A stretch of 64,000 nt of DNA. Origin: Neodothiora populina (taxonomy: Eukaryota). The stretch is from the NCBI RefSeq assembly GCF_041146345.1, contig NW_027191408.1, forward strand, positions 496,001 to 560,000, in the 5' to 3' direction. Position 1 is the first letter of the stretch. The number at the start of each line of letters is the position of its first letter. The notes under the pieces were generated by a model. The model was not told the DNA's origin. It ran no database searches and saw only the letters and a program-made list of their open reading frames with translations. Shown here one piece after another: positions 62,677 to 64,000 of this stretch. A program made the position numbers and the translations under genes.

Positions 62677-63642
62677 CTTGATTGTAGAAGTTTCCTTTGG
62701 TCAAGGGAAGATGGTCGAATTGTCGTCGCTGGGGAATGAACGGTTCCTGGCGAAGCAAAGCTGAGACGGAGCCCACTCAGATTCTGAAAGTTGCGCGTGG
62801 GTGCTCCGTGCTTGCTTAGCGAGAATTTCGGTGCCAAGTCTTTGGGTTGTGTGCAGCCTGTGAGTTGGTCTTGGCATTTGTCCTCTTCCCCCACACCGCT
62901 TACTGTAGAGTGCAGCCCGATCGTGGTATGGTACATTACTCGTGGAAAAGTACATCTAGCAGTCTGCATTGTTGTATCCAATTAAAACAACAGTGTCTTG
63001 AGAACTTTGGGCGATATTCTTTCGCTTCAGCACAATGCCTTTGGTCATTCAACAATTTTCTGTTCGTAGAAATAACAACAAGAACGTAATGTCCAAACCC
63101 ATGTCGCTCATAGTCATGACATGGCAGAGAAGAGAAACCACATGAAACTCCTCGGCTCCGATCTCCCCCATAACCTGGTCCTGCCGCTGGTGTCGCAGTG
63201 TACCTCTGTTTTTTTTTACTTGAATCATTTCTCTATCCTAACCATTCTTTTCATGCACCGGTTACGCGCAGAGCCTCGTGAAGCGGGGCCTATGACGGAC
63301 GGCTGCTGCGGCTCTGGATCTTGCTTGATATGTGGAGTCTTGGTGCTGCCTTCCAAGGTCGATCGACATTTCTTGTTCTAGTTTTGTGCCCACACAATTT
63401 GGGATCATCTCGCCCAATTCCCTTCCAGTAAACAGCGTACAGCATGTGTGCTCGGTGTGTTGGGCGTTCTTCCCAGACCGGCCTTTCCTCTCCGCTCCTA
63501 CCACAGCATGATGCGGAGAGGCGTACTTGCGAGCCGAAAGCCTTGTTGATGTGAAAAGCGATCGGCTCGGTGATATGTTGTAGACTCTTGCAGGTGGTGC
63601 ACAGCCTTTTTCAACTTTTCGAGACATGATCGGGTGCGCCGC

Positions 63643-64000
63643 TTAATAGCTCTGGGGGAATTGGCTGGCTGGAGGACTGTTAAGCATATTCTGTCGCTCG
63701 TTCCTTCCCTTCTTGATGTGCCTCTTCAGTGCAGTGGAATCGAGCGGCTTCAACAATTCAAAGCTGCACAGCAGCTCGCCCGAGACCGACATGACGGCGC
63801 CCCAATTGTCGAACTCTCCGCAGTACTATAACGAGCTGTCAGCCATGGCGTCATACGTCTCGTCTGCGAGGCTACTTACATTTGGCGCTGAAAAGACTGT
63901 CACAAGAACTCTATCCGTGAAAAACTCATAGCCGTCCTCGACGACCATGTGCGCTCGGCAGACCAAATCGAAGTCATGCTTTGCCAAAAATTCCATAATG
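63643..64000 (-). CDS. ppz1: Ser/Thr protein phosphatase PPZ-type, 3' part; intron 63826-63879
   Basis: [24 protein letters not shown]...[35 protein letters not shown]...PQSY*. Confidence 0.9.

Noticed and set aside
1..64000. tRNA genes, CRISPR arrays, intact transposons
   Set aside because: GGTTCGA-like hits fall in coding sequence without a cloverleaf; no repeat-spacer array, transposase or reverse-transcriptase ORF seen.

Overview
Gene-dense, intron-containing nuclear DNA of a filamentous ascomycete (Pezizomycotina; Dothideomycete-like by protein appearance, which is inference). About 19 protein genes are recognisable: a bZIP TF (cut by the left edge), an SMP-30/gluconolactonase, an ADP1-type ABCG transporter, a DUF3632 protein, a secreted RNase T1-family enzyme, kinesin-5 BimC, UPF0183/PHAF1, squalene synthase, MPDU1, a ZIP zinc transporter, kinetochore Spc7/KNL1, RPS11, the PRC2 catalytic subunit EZH2/KMT6, an unknown membrane protein, an NmrA/CipA-like reductase, a conserved hypothetical protein, an AT-hook+EVE protein, RPS2 and a PPZ phosphatase (cut by the right edge). 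There is also one dispersed 5S rRNA gene. The standout is the ~3.3 kb stretch at 2.4-5.75 kb that lacks any credible ORF. It folds by eye into one large nested + strand RNA structure (e.g. 3102-3130 pairs with 5001-5030; 2877-2886 with 5542-5551) enclosing a CUAACCCUA motif, making it a good candidate for an unannotated, unusually long telomerase RNA. Other signals: an H3K27-mimic (TKSAARKS) in the EZH2 tail, ZafA-like CAAGGT clusters, structured ~290-nt ribosomal-protein introns, a CUG-start candidate, a degenerate ~200-bp tandem repeat next to 5S, and three single-base frameshifts that may be assembly errors. All pairings were found by eye; no folding or database search was run.
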